The notes: generated from the letters alone by a model not told the origin. DNA of 64,000 bases from Bugula neritina (GCA_964035545.1 OZ037767.1:1375680-1439679), one strand, 5' to 3'; positions 37,696-51,500 are shown, numbered from the stretch's first letter. Made by a program: numbers and translations.

Positions 37696-38514
37696 CTTAA
37701 AAAATAAATATAATATACGTTAACACTTAGATTCTTAGAATTTTCTCAGTAACCCTTTGTTTCCTATATATTATTTTATCATTACAATAACAGTCTGGCA
37801 TTCAACTGTTTTTATAGTAGTAACCAACACTAGCACTTAGGTGCAATGGCGAAGAAATTTCAACAGCTAAAGTTTTCATGTAAATAAATTTGATAAACTA
37901 CTATGTTGTTTTAACATGATGATGTTAGCATAAGAATAATTATCAATAATTTTATGTTATATATAGAATTATACATAGCTGCAGCAGTGTGTTGATATTT
38001 TTATCAACTATCTAAATTGAAAATAATATTCATATTGTAATGGCTCATAGATAGAAAAAAAGGGAGACTCGTCTTTTCCCCCTTTTGATAAACACTAACA
38101 CATAAGACTATGCATTCTAGTTAGTCGTAGCTTTCCCTTCTAGTCGGCCAACGTGACTAGGTCATACTAAACTGTCCCCTCCAATCAGGTTGGATATCAA
38201 CACGTGATCAAGATATACTTAAAAACAGTGTTTCCCGCGATGACATGGTTGAGACACTCTATTCTGATCTTCTTTTATCACTGATGTAGACTTTTCTCTT
38301 TATTGTATATTATTCTTCAATACATATTATTCTCATGCTTCTAATAATATATCTTGGAGTTGATTGCATAACATTCAGGGGATGAACTGATTAGAAACAT
38401 ACACAAGTACCCACAATAACATAGTTCGAGAACTATAACATTATAAAAGTAAGCCCATCCTATCTTTTCAGATTTTAAGTTTACATTTTCATAGCATATG
38501 TTAATAGGCTAACA

Positions 38515-41500
38515 ATGTCTGGAGAAATAGGAAGATGTGTTGATCTCTCGGACTATTTTTCTGAAGACCAAATTAAAGCGATGGGCAGATATGAAAAAAC
38601 ACGAAATGAAAATCTCATTAGGAATTACAACTATATGAAGTCTATAGGTAAATCTAAATATTCTGCATTGCTTGTTATAAAACATATATAATTGTTAATA
38701 TGCATTATGTTAATTCCTGCTACCCTAACAGAACAAATCGGAGATGGGCGAGAAAGTATACATCATGCTATTTCTTACATTGAGTTGCCTGCAAGCATTT
38801 ATAACTCAACAGATATCATTGATTTGACATTGCGGTAAGATACAATGTCAGTTGATTTTTTAAAAATGTCACTTGCTGAATTTATATTTAGGACTGGATA
38901 CTATTAAACCTCCATTTCCAAAGAAAGAAGTTCTAAAGCAACCTTTAGCTGAGAGAAACTCATGTGGTTCCATAGAGAAAGGTGGAGAGGCGGCTGTTAA
39001 CACCAAGTGTGATACTAAGGTATAGCAATTCTATTATTTTGTTTACTCAATATACTTCAAATTTTACTTTCTAACTATTTGGCTTTTTGATCCACACTTC
39101 ATGCTTCTATATATAATTCAAAAGCCATGTAGTGTCCTTGATGATAAATAGTAAAATTTCATGAACTTGGTTTTATTTAGTTTGCTTACTGACACTCTGC
39201 TGCCAATTTGTTCACAGTTGTTATAATTTCTCATTTAGCAATTTAGCATTTACTGACATTGCCACACTGCCTTTGTGTTTTCACAGATTTCAACAGTAAA
39301 TCGCCCATCTTTATTGTATGTTTTAGCACTTGTTTGTCACTTTTTTTATCTTCAGGACCATTTTAGTATCACTAGGTGCATTGCAAGTTTTATTCTGCAC
39401 TGACTGCACTCAAAAATTATGACTAAGAAATGAGTGCATTAGCTTTACCATAAGACACAAACAGATAATCACGGGCTTTCCATGTACCGATCTCAGATCG
39501 ATCTCAGATTGATCTCAGATTGATCTCAGATTGATCTCAGATCGATCTCAGATCGATCTCAGATCGATCTCAGATCGATCTCGCTGAGATCGATCTGAAA
39601 AATGTGCTCAGATCGATCGTTTTTCCATGAGAGTGTCAGATCGATCTAGCGAAGTTGCCTCCTCTTAAGTGAAGGATACTTTAAAAGTATAATTTGTTCA
39701 CCTATTTGGGTGATTAAAGCTACTACTGTTGAAAACAAGATGGTCGTAGTCTAAAATTTAATCCCAACTATAAACTGTACGCAGCAAAGCTTTCAGTGTA
39801 TGGTAATTTGGCCAATTTAAAATAATTAATTTTAATTTTTCAGCTTGACAGCTTATATAAAATTAATGGCTGTCTTGCAGATTATTAATAAACTTACCGG
39901 GCCGTTGGGCTTAAAATTACAAAGAAAATAGCTAATGAAACTAAATTTTAATAGTCATTTAAATTCAATTTAAATTATCCCGTTTTTTTTACCTTCTGCT
40001 GCATATAATTGAGTTTTCTTAATCATAGTACTGAAAGTATAAGTTTTGGCATCTGAAAAGGTGGCTATCATAATTATTTAATACTTTGCTTAGTAATTAT
40101 CCATAAGTTATCATTTTTATTAGCAGACAACATTGTAGCGAGCAGTCTTTTTCTACTTCTCAGATCGATCTGGCGTCTTTCCATGGTCTTATTGACATGA
40201 GATCGATCTGAGTTCGAGCTCCACAGACTGACCAGCTCAGATCGATCTGAGATCGGTCCATGGAAAGCCGGTGAATATAAATATACGCACTTATAGCCAG
40301 GACATTATGGTATAAGAACCCTAAAGGTTCCATTCTCATCTACTTTCCATTCTCATCTACTCTCACATAATATCAGCTGTTATTTTCACAAAACGCACAG
40401 TATAAAATATTTCTTTCCTTATAACTTTGCTAATCTATATTATTACTTTGAATATTTAAATAATTATAAAACAAGCAATTTATCAAATTATCTTATGTAC
40501 TTATCTGTGTTTAATTTGCTCTTATTCCGTCATATTTTAATCTTGTAAAAAATTTGTAGTTTCACAGGGTAAACAGTGTGAATAAATAAACTACCTACAC
40601 TAAAACACACACTAAAACTTTTATATCAACTTAGGAGGGCAGTTACAAGCTATATTAAAATAATTTCGGAAGATCTGATATGCACCATAAATATCACTTA
40701 ATCAATTGACTCTAATGGATTCTTGCATATATGAACGTATCAGTTCTGCTTAACCTTTGCTTCAAATGCTAAATTCTCTGCTTAACTTTGAAAACCTTTA
40801 CTGGAATAATTTTCCACATAATTCATAAAATCACAGTTACAAGTTTGTCATTACAGAATGCAGATGCTGACACTAATGGGCAATTAGACAGCAGTTCTGA
40901 CTCAGAAGCTCTGGACTGGTTAGAGAACTGTTACTCTTCTGAAGACTCTGATGATGACTACAATGAGGAGAATATTCCAGTAAAGAAGAGAAGAATTCTG
41001 AAACCAAAAGGTAGTATGAGAGAATAAACTATATATATTGCTATACTTGTGAATACTATATGAGCTATTTAGTTTACTTGTAGAGTTGTGTAAATAGTCT
41101 TATATAGGAATTCACAAGGCAAAGATCCCATGCATATACACAGTTGGCTAATGTTAAGCTACGTTTATACCTCTGCTGAAAAAAATACTGAGTTTTAGTT
41201 AATAACGCTTGTCCAGGTACCCCTTTATAGTCAAACTGAAATCAATGAAATCATATTTATGCCGGAACTCACTTTCTAAAAGTAAACTCTGACTCGCCTA
41301 ATGGCTATTTGATGCCCTTTATAAACGTCGTGAATTAGTGAAGTTGTCAACCTAAAAGTAATATTTGTGAAGGCGTAGGCGATATAATTATTACCATTCA
41401 AGTATGTCATCTTATAATCGCCAAAGTCATAACTAAATAACGATGTTTACAAGGAGTTGTTACTCCTTTTGAGTATTATTCTGAAATCGGCCGATTAAGT

Positions 41501-43163
41501 TATCACAGTACAAAAATTTTTACTAGTGGCATTTACAATGCAATGCAACTCGAAGAACTTTCAACCCAGCCAAATTGAATTTCTGACTGAAAATCAGGAA
41601 AGTCTAAACGCAACTAAAACTTAATTGATGTTATGTTCTTGGGGGCCATCCATAAATTATGTCACGCTCAAGGGGGGGGAGGGGGTACCCTCATGTGTGA
41701 CAGTTTGTGACAGGGGGGAGGGGGGGAGGGTAGATATGTGTGATGTCACATTTTCAAATATTTTACCAAAACAAAATATTTCAGATATGTATTAATACTG
41801 AACATAAAACATCAAATACATGTATTTTTTGTCAATATAAAGCACAATAAAAACAGACTCCCTCCCCAGACCAATTAGCAAAAATCCCACTCCTTGACCT
41901 CTGCACCTGTGACCTATATAATGTAACCATTAGTGTGGTTCATGTCATGCCAGGAATATAGGTCACCAGTATAGTTACAGACTTATATTCACAATTGGAT
42001 CGAAGAAAACTAACTATTATGATGTTGAAAAACAGACTTCATGCTCTAGTGGAACTTTAATACCACTGAGGCAGTAAAAATAGCAGTTATAGGCCAGAAC
42101 TTATGACCTGCCTTATTAAATCAAGCATGGTTTCAATAATGTTTATGATTTTCTTGTCATTGGATAATAATGATACACTGAATAAATTTGGGTTCTTAAA
42201 AAGTTGCATTCATAAATATTGAACTTTGTGCCTGTAATGATTACTAAACATAAACCATTCAATCAGTACTTTTTGTATGGAGTATTTAATCTTAAAAGGG
42301 CGTTTACATAATCTGTGTGACATCACATGGGGGGAGGGGGTCATATAAGCGTGACACTTTGTGACAAGGGGGGGAGGGGGGGTCAAAAAGTGCTGAATAA
42401 AGTGTGACATAATTTATGGATGGCCCCTTGCCATATTTGAGAGTTTATTAGCCTACACGACTGTGTGAAAGCTGCAATTTTTGTTTATTTGCTAAAAGTT
42501 AATGCAAGTTGACTAGTTATTTAGAGTGTGTTAAACTGATAATACATCTTCCAAGTGATATGTGAATATGTATTTTCTAGCACATTTTGGGACAAAAAAA
42601 TTATCCTGGTTATTACTTTGTGTTCAGCCTTCTCAGTAAAGTATTACATATTATTACATGAATCCTCATAATAATTTGTTGCAGCTGAAAAAAATAGTTC
42701 TTCCCCAGTTGAACTAGAAGCTCCCAGAACTATAAAATGTGGAGACTGTGACTTTAGATGCAGTTATCCTGACGAACTCAAGAAACATGTGAAATGTCAC
42801 CAGAAAGGAAGTGAAAAGAAATACAAATGTACTCGGTGTGAATATAGAAGTGCAGACCGCAGTAACTTACAGAGACACCTCAGGACACACAGTTTGGAGA
42901 AGCCATACAAATGTCCTCTGTGTGAATATGGAAGTGCACAGAGCAGTCACCTACAAGCACACCTCAGGACACACAGTGGGGAGAAGCCATACAAATGTAC
43001 TCTGTGTGAATATGGAAGTGCATACAGCAGTCACCTGCAGAGGCACCTCAGGACACACAGTGGGGAGAAGCCATACAAGTGTACTCTGTGTGAGTATAAA
43101 AGTACACAGAGCTGTCACCTACAGGCACACCTCAGAAGACGTCATCCTGGTGAGAAACCTTAG
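38515..43163 (+). CDS. PRDM9-derived SET-less KRAB-zinc finger gene, copy A (~297 aa; 1+4 fingers); exons 38515-38647, 38892-39019, 40857-41010, 42685-43163
   Basis: Paralogues of PRDM9 c1, fused c2/c3, c4 and c11 with intact splice sites; 894 nt in frame, no stops; nothing similar to c5-c10 between 41010 and 42685. Confidence 0.82.
39470..40273. mobile_element. MITE, 804 bp, CAC...GTG termini, AAT target-site duplication
   Basis: ~35-bp TIR CAC(G/C)GGCTTTCCATG(T/G)ACCGATCTCAGATCGATCT; AAT on both sides; empty site CAGATAATATA in paralogues (~46721, ~49360, ~54819); internal 11-bp array GATCTCAGAT(C/T) at 39489-39582. Confidence 0.93.
41642..42427. mobile_element. PIF/Harbinger-like MITE, 786 bp, TTG target-site duplication
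   Basis: TIR GGGGCCATCCATAAATTATGTCAC; TTG on both sides; empty site GTTCTTGCCATAT in paralogues (~50711, ~56154); G-run-rich subterminal repeats. Confidence 0.93.
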
Positions 43164-43952
43164 TTGAGTGATAACCTCTCACCTCTATAACATTGTGACA
43201 TGTACTGTATAGTATAGTGCATTGCAGCACTAGATGTTTATATCTCATCAGTTGCAATTGTATAATTATTGGCTATGAGGTACACATTGTACAGGCTTTA
43301 TATATCTAGTTTTATGCATTCATCTTATAATTTTGTGATATACTCTAATATGTGATTAACATGTTTAACATGCATGTGTTGTTGTACCTTTACGCTAGTA
43401 GATAATGGGCTAGTACACCATTATATATCATAATATATTATAATATAATATATGTGACAAGAGATACTTGGACAGAATTTGTTGTTGACTGTTTTCCTTA
43501 GAATCGGGTAAATAGCTAGGCAGCTTCTGGTTGGTGTGTGAAATAATGATCATACTGTGAAGAAGAGAGGGCCACTGTGTAGTTTATTGAATATTAAAAA
43601 GAGGGTAGAACTGAGGGTGAACTGCTCAATATTTCAGTCAAAAATATATTATTTATTTACGCTATATATTATGGGTATAATTTCATACAGTCAGTTCACG
43701 CTATACATTACATATACTAAACATAATCATACAAAATCATTATGAAATATTCAATGCAGTTTGAACTAAGTATTAAATACTAAACAATGCTGCAAAATGT
43801 AATCATTAAATATGGGAGACTTGGCTAATTCAATCAATATAAAACACTACAACAAATATTAGCTAATGCATTGCCATGATCAACATGGCACTGTTTAAAT
43901 TTGTTAACCTATATCTACTACCATAGCCTAAATCTCTTAAACCAAGTTAGGT

Positions 43953-44391
43953 TTAGCTTGTGGTCTCATCTGAGTCGTACTGTTTGCGGAAACAATCTTC
44001 AACAGGAAAGAAATCCCAGCATCTGTTATTATACATTTCCCAGACGTATGTTTCCTGGCCTGTGTACTCCGTATCCGGTTTTTTTATCAAATGCATCAAA
44101 AAGAACCTAAAAAGTTACCAATAAAATGTTAAAAATTCCATAAATGCATATGGAGTGCTAACTATAGCAATAACATTCCCACAACGTAGAAAACAGTGGT
44201 GTGTGGTAGCAAAATGTTTACCATAACTAAACCAGATTACGCAATAATAATAATTAAAATAAATCATCTTATTCCAATACTGAAAGAGTAAAATAAGGAT
44301 ATGAAAAAAAGTAGTTTCTTACATGTAGTTTGCAAAGTTGTGTTCTTTCATAACAAGCTTTTGAAACCCCTGTGGATACTCGTCAAAATAG
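43953..44391 (-). pseudogene. Duplicated ryanodine receptor 3' fragment 2
   Basis: Same extent and breakpoint as fragment 1; shares the G>E change ([10 protein letters not shown]) with fragment 1. Confidence 0.9.
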
Positions 44392-44529
44392 GCAAACCTA
44401 CTTCCTTTATTAGTAACAAAAAAAAACAGAATTACAAGTAGCAAAATAACAGTACACAGTCTAAAAACACAACAGTAGCTAACTGCTGTCCGACTCTCTG
44501 GGCTGGCTTGTCACCTCGTCATATACTGA

Positions 44530-44748
44530 GACACGCCCATTTTCAGGCTGGCCAATAAGCCTCAGCTTATGAATAACACAGTGGACCAGCCAGCCAATCG
44601 CTGTAATTCATTAGCAGTCGAACCAATTAGCACTATGGTCTACTTCTGTTTTATGAATGCTGTCTAGTCAACAGTTACAGTGAGTTAGTGTTTGATGAAT
44701 AAAGTCCTGTGACAACTATAGGGAGAACTATTTTAACTACAAGTAAGT
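44530..44748 (+). promoter_or_regulatory. Putative promoter and first non-coding exon of copy B/C
   Basis: CACGCCC at 44532, CCAAT at 44552, 44594 and 44623, donor-like AA|GTAAGT at 44743. Confidence 0.5.
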
Positions 44749-45507
44749 GTTAAAAAATAAATATAATATACGTTAACACTTAAATTCTTAGAATTTTCTC
44801 AGTAACCCTCACTTAGGTGCAATGGCGGAGAAATTTCAACAGCTGAAGTTTTCATGTAAATAAATATGATAAACTACTATGTTGTTTTAACATGATGATG
44901 TTAGCATAAGAATAATTATCAATACTTTCATGTTATATATATAATTATATATAGCTGCAGCAGTTTGTTGATATTTTTACCAACTATCTAAATTGAAAGT
45001 ATTGTAATGGCTCATAGATAGAAAAAAGGGGACTCGTCTTTTCCCCCTTTTGATGGACACTAACACATAGACTATGCATTCTAGTTAGTCATATAGCGTT
45101 TCTCTTCTAATCGGCCAACGTGACTAGGTCATACTAAACTGTCCCCTCCAATCAGGTTGGATATCAACACGTGATCAAGATTTACATAAAAACATTGTTT
45201 CCAGCGAGGACATGGTTGAGACCAGCTAGGCTAGCAGTAAAAAACTAATTGATATTCTGCTCTTCTTTTATCACTGATGTAGACTTTTCTCTTTATTGTA
45301 TATTATTCTTCAATACATATTATTCTCACGCTTCTAATAATATATCTTGGGGTTGATTGCATAACATTCTGGGGATGAACTAATTATAAACATACACATG
45401 TACCCACAATAACAAAGTTGGAAAACTATAACATTCTAAAAGTAAGCCCATCCTATCTTTTCAGATATTAAGTTTACATTCTCATAGCATATGTTAATAG
45501 GCTAACA

Positions 45508-48500
45508 ATGTCTGGAGAAATAGGAAAATGTGCTACACTCTCGGACTATTTTTCTGAAGACCAAATTAAAGCGATGGGCAGATGTGAAAAAACACGAAAT
45601 GAAAATCTCATTCGGAATTACAACTATATGAAGTCTATAGGTAAATCTAAATATTCTGCATTGCTTGTTATAAAACATATATAATTGTTAATATGCATTA
45701 TGTTATTTCCTGCTACCCTAACGGAACAAATCGGAGATGGGTGAGAAAGTATACATCATGCTATTTCTTACATTGAGTTGTCTGCAAGCATTTATAACTC
45801 AACAGATATCATTAATTCGACATTGAGGTAAGATACAATGTCAGTTGATCTTTTAAAAATGTCACTTGCTGAATTTATATTTAGGACTGGATACTATTAA
45901 ACCTCCATTTCCAAAGAAAGAAGTTCTAAAGCAACCTTTAGCTGAGAGAAACTCATGTGGTTCCATAGAGAAAGGTGGAGAGGCAGCTGTTAACACCACC
46001 AAGTGTGATACTAAGGTATAGCAATTCTATTATTTTGTTTACTCAATATACTTCAAATTTTACTTTCTAACTATTTGGCTTTTTGATCCACACTTCATGC
46101 TTCTATATATTCAAAAGATATGTAGTGTCCTTGATGATGTAATGTTTGTATCTGTTTACTAAAGCTATGTTTATATTATCCCACAACTTATACCTGCTAG
46201 CAGCCTTATGAAATGTTATAGCTATACAATTATGCTGTCAAAGTAATTATGTTGTGGTTTTCAAAGTGCTATGTAACTGTTGTGACATACTGTTTGTTTA
46301 TCAAGTGGGAGTTAGCTTTGAGATTGGAGACAATAAAGTGTAGTGACAGTGAGAAAATTGGTAGTAATTTATTGCAGTAATTATCTATACAACACAACAG
46401 ATGATAGATAGTAAAATTTCATAAACTTGGCTTTATTTAGTTTGCTTACTAACACTCTGCTGCCAATTTGTTCATAGCTGTTATAATTTCTCATTTAGCA
46501 ATTTAGCATTTACTGACATTGCCACACTGTGTTTGTGTTTTCACAGATTTCAACAGTAAATCGCCCATCTTTATTGTATGTTTTAGCACTTGTTTGTCAC
46601 TTTTTTACCTTCAGGACCTTTTTAGTATCACTAGATGCATTGCAAGTTTTATTCTGCACTGACTGCACTCAAAAATCATGACTAAGAAATGAGTGCATTA
46701 GCTTTACCATAAGACATGAACAGATAATATACCACTTAGCCAGGACATTATAGTATAAGAACCCTCAAGGTTCCATTCTCATCTACTCTCACATAATATC
46801 AGCTGTTATTTTCACAAAACGCACAGTATAAAATATTTCTTTCCTTATAACTTTGCTAATCTATACTATTACTTTGAATATTTTAATAATTATAAAACAA
46901 GCAATTTATCAAATTATCTTATGTACTTTTCTGTGTTTAATTTGCTCTTATTCCGTCATATTTTAATCTTGTAAAAAAGTTGTAGTTTCACAGTGTAAAC
47001 AGTGTGAATAAATAAACTACCTACACTAAAACACACACTAAAACTTTTATATCAACTTAGGAGGGCAGTTACAAGCTATATTAAAATAATTTCGGAAGAT
47101 CTGATATGCACCATAAATATCACTTAATCAATTGACTCTAATGGATTCTTGCATATATAAACTTATCAGTTCTGCTTAACTTTTGCTTCAAATGCTAAAT
47201 TCTTTGCTTAACTTTGAAAAACCTTTACTGGAATAATTTTCGACGTGATTCATAAAATCACAGTTACAAGTTTGTCATTACAGAATGCAGATGCTGACAC
47301 TAATGGGCAATTAGACAGCAGTTTTGAATCTGAAGCTCTGGATTGGTTAGAGAAATGTTACTCTTCTGATGACTCTGGTGATGACTACAATGAGGAGAAT
47401 ATTCCAGCAAAGAAGAGAATTCTGAAACCAAAAGGTAGTATGAAAGAATAACTATACATTGCTATACTTGTGAATACGATGTGTGCTGTTTAGTTTACTT
47501 GTAGAATTGTGTAAATAGCCTTATATAGGAATTCACAAGGCAAAGATCCCATGCATATACACAGTTGGCTAATGTTGAGTTACGTTTATACCTCTGCTGA
47601 AAAAAATACTGAGTTTTAGTTAATAGCGCTTGTCCAGGTACCCTTTCATAGTCAAACTGAAATCATTGAAATCATATTTATGCCGAAACTTACTTTCTAA
47701 AAGTAAACTCTGACTCGCCTAATGGCCATTTGATGCCCTCTATAAACGTCGTGAATTAGTGAAATTGCCAGCATAAAAGTGATATTTGTGAAGGCGTAGG
47801 CGATATAATTATTACCATATAAGTATGTCATCTTATAATCGCCAAAGTCATAACTAAATAACGATGTTTACAAGGAGTTGTTACTCCTTCTGAGTATTAT
47901 TCTGAAATCGGCCGATTAAGTTATCACAGTACAAAAATTTTTACTAGTGGCTTTTACAATGCAACACAACTCGAAGAACTTTCCACCCAGCCAAATTGAA
48001 TTTCGAACTGAAAATCGTGAAAGTCTAAACGCAACTAAAACTTAATTGATGTTATGTTCTTACCATATTTGACAGTTTATTAGCCTACACGACTGTGTGA
48101 AAGCTGCAATTTTTGTTTATTTGCTGAAAGTTAATACAACTTGACTAATTATTTAGAGTTTGTTAATCTGATAATACATCTTCCAAGTGATATGTGAATA
48201 TGTATTTTCTAGCACATTTTGGGACAAAAAAACTATCCTGGTTATTACATACAAGTGTACTCAGTGTGAATATAGAAGTGCTTGTTATAAAATATTGCTT
48301 GTTATAAAACGTATATAATTTTTAATATGCATTATGTTATTTCCTGCTACCCTAACAGAACAAATTGGAGATGGATGAGAAAGTATACATCATGCTATTT
48401 CTTACATTGAGTTGCCTGCAAGCATTTATAACTCAACAGATATCATTAATTCGACATTGAGGTAAGATACAATGTCAGTTGATTTTTTAAAAATGTCACT

Positions 48501-51500
48501 TGCTGAATTTATATTTAGGACTGGATACTATTAAACCTCCATTTCCAAAGAAAGAAGTTTTAAAGCAACCTTTAGCTGAGAGAAACTCATGTGGTTCCAT
48601 AGAGAAAGGTGGAGAGGCGGCTGTTAACACCACCAAGTGTGATACTAAGGTATAGCAATTATATTATTTTGTTTACTCAATATACTTCAAATTTTACTTT
48701 CTAACTATTTGGCTCTTTGATCCACACTTCATGCTTCTATATATTCAAAAAATATGTAGTGTCCTTGATGATGTAATGTTTGTATCTGTTTACTAAAGCT
48801 ATGTTTATATTATCCCACAACTTATACCTGCTAGTAGCCTTATATTATGAAATGTTATAGCTATACAATTATGCTGTCAAAGTAATTATGTTGTGGTTTT
48901 CAAAGTGCTATGTAACTGTTGTGACATACTGTTTGTTTATCAAGTGGGAGTTAGCTTTGAGATTTGAGACAAAAAAGTGTAGTGACAGTGAGAAAGTTGG
49001 TAGTAATTTATTGCAGTAATTATCTATACAACACAACAGATGATAGATAGTAAAATTTCATAAACTTGGCTTTATTTAGTTTGCTTACTGACACTCTGCT
49101 GCCAATTTGTTCACAGCTGTTATAATTTCTCATTTAGCAATTTAGCATTTACTGACATTGCCACACTGTGTTTGTGTTTTCACAGATTTCAACAGTAAAT
49201 CGCCCATCTTTATTGTATGTTTTAGCACTTGTTTGTCACTTTTTTATCTTCAGGACCATTTTAGTATCACTAGGTGCATTGCAAGTTTTATTCTGCACTG
49301 ACTGCACTCAAAAATTATGACTAAGAAATGAGTGCATTAGCTTTACCATAAGACACAAACAGATAATATACCACTTAGCCAGGACATTATGGTATAAGAA
49401 CCCTCAAGGTTCCATTCTCATCTACTTTCCATTCTCATCTACTCTCACATAATATCAGCTGTTATTTTCACAAAACGCACAGTATAAAATATTTCTTTCC
49501 TTATAACTTTGCTAATCTATATTATTACTTTGAATATTTAAATAATTATAAAACAAGCAATTTATCAAATTATCTCATGTACTTTTCTGTGTTTAATTTG
49601 CTCTTATTCCGTCATATTTTAATCTTGTAAAACATTTGTAGTTTCACAGTGTAAACAGTGTGAATAAATAAACTACCTACACTAAAACACACACTAAAAT
49701 TTTGTATCAACTTAGGAGGGCAGTTACAAGCTATATTAAAATAATTTCGGAAGATCTAATATGCACCATAAATATCACTTAATCAATTGACTCTAATGGA
49801 TTCTTGCATATATAAACTTATCAGTTCTGCTTAACTTTTGCTTCAAATGCTAAATTCTTTGCTTAACTTTGAAAAACCTTTGCTCGAATAATTTTCGACG
49901 TGATTCATAAAATCACAGTTACAAGTTTTTCATTACAGAATGCAGATGCTGACACTAATGGGCAATTAGACAGCAGTTTTGAATCTGAAGCTCTGGATTG
50001 GTTAGAGAACTGTTACTCTTCTGAAGACTCTGATGATGACTACAATGAGGAGAATATTCCAGTAAAGAAGAGAATTCTGAAACCAAAAGGTAGTATGAGA
50101 GAATAACTATACATTGCTATACTTGTGAATACTATATGAGCTATTTAGTTTACTTGTAGAGTTGTGTAAATAGTCATATATAGGAATTCACAAGGCAAAG
50201 ATCCCATGCATATACACAGTTGGCTAATGTTGAGTTACGTTTATACCTCTGCTGAAAAAAATACTGAGTTTCAGTTAATAGCGCTTGTCCAGGTACCCCT
50301 TTATAGTCAAACTGAAATCGTTGAAATCATATTTATGCCGAAACTTACTTTCTAAAAATAAACTCTGACTCGCCTAATGGCCATTTGATGCCCTTTATAA
50401 ACGTCGTGAATTAGTGAAATTGCCAGCATAAAAGTAATATTTGTGAAGGCGTAGGCGATATAATTCTTACCATATAAGTATGTCATCTTATAATCGCCAA
50501 AGTCATAACTAAATAACAATGTTTACAAGGAGTTGTTACTCTTTTTGAGTATTATTCTGAAATCGGCCGATTAAGTTATCACAGTACAAAAATTTTTACT
50601 AGTGGCTTTTACAATGCAACACAACTCGAAGAACTTTCAACCCAGCCAAATTGAATTTCGAACTGAAAATCGTGAAAGTCTAAACGCAACTAAAACTTAA
50701 TTGATGTTATGTTCTTGCCATATTTGAGAGTTTATTAGCCTACACGACTGTGTGAAAGCTGCAATTTTTGTTTATTTGCTGAAAGTCAATACAACTTGAC
50801 TAATTATTTAGAGTTTGTTAATCTGATAATACATTTTCCAAGTGATATGTGAATATGTATTTTCTAGCACATTTTGGGACAAAAAAATTATCCTGGTTAT
50901 TACTTTGTGTTCAGCCTTTTCAGTAAAGTATTACATATTATTACATGAATCCTCATAATAATTTGTTGCAGCTGAAGAAAATAGTTCTTCCCCAGTTGAA
51001 CTAGAAGCTCCCAGAACTATAAAATGTGGAGACTGTGACTTTAGATGCGGTTATCCTGACGAACTCAAGAAACATATGAAATGTCACCGGAAAGGAAGTG
51101 AGAAGAAATACAAATGTACTCGGTGTGAGTATAGAAGTGCAGACCGCAGTAACTTACAGAGACACCTCAGGACACACAGTTTGGAGAAGCCATACAAGTG
51201 TACTCAGTGCGAGTATAGATGTACAACCAGTAGTACCCTACAGAGACACCTCAGGACACACAGTGGGGAGAAGCCATACAAATGTACTCTGTGTGAATAT
51301 GGAAGTGCATACAGCAGTCACCTGCAGAGGCACCTCAGGACACACAGTGGGGAGAAGCCATACAAGTGTACTCTGTGTGAGTATAAAAGTGCACAGAGCA
51401 GTCACCTACAGGCACACCTCAGAACACACAGTGGAGAGAAGCCATACAAGTGTACTCTGTGTGAATATAGAAGTTCATACAGCAGTGACCTACAGAAACA

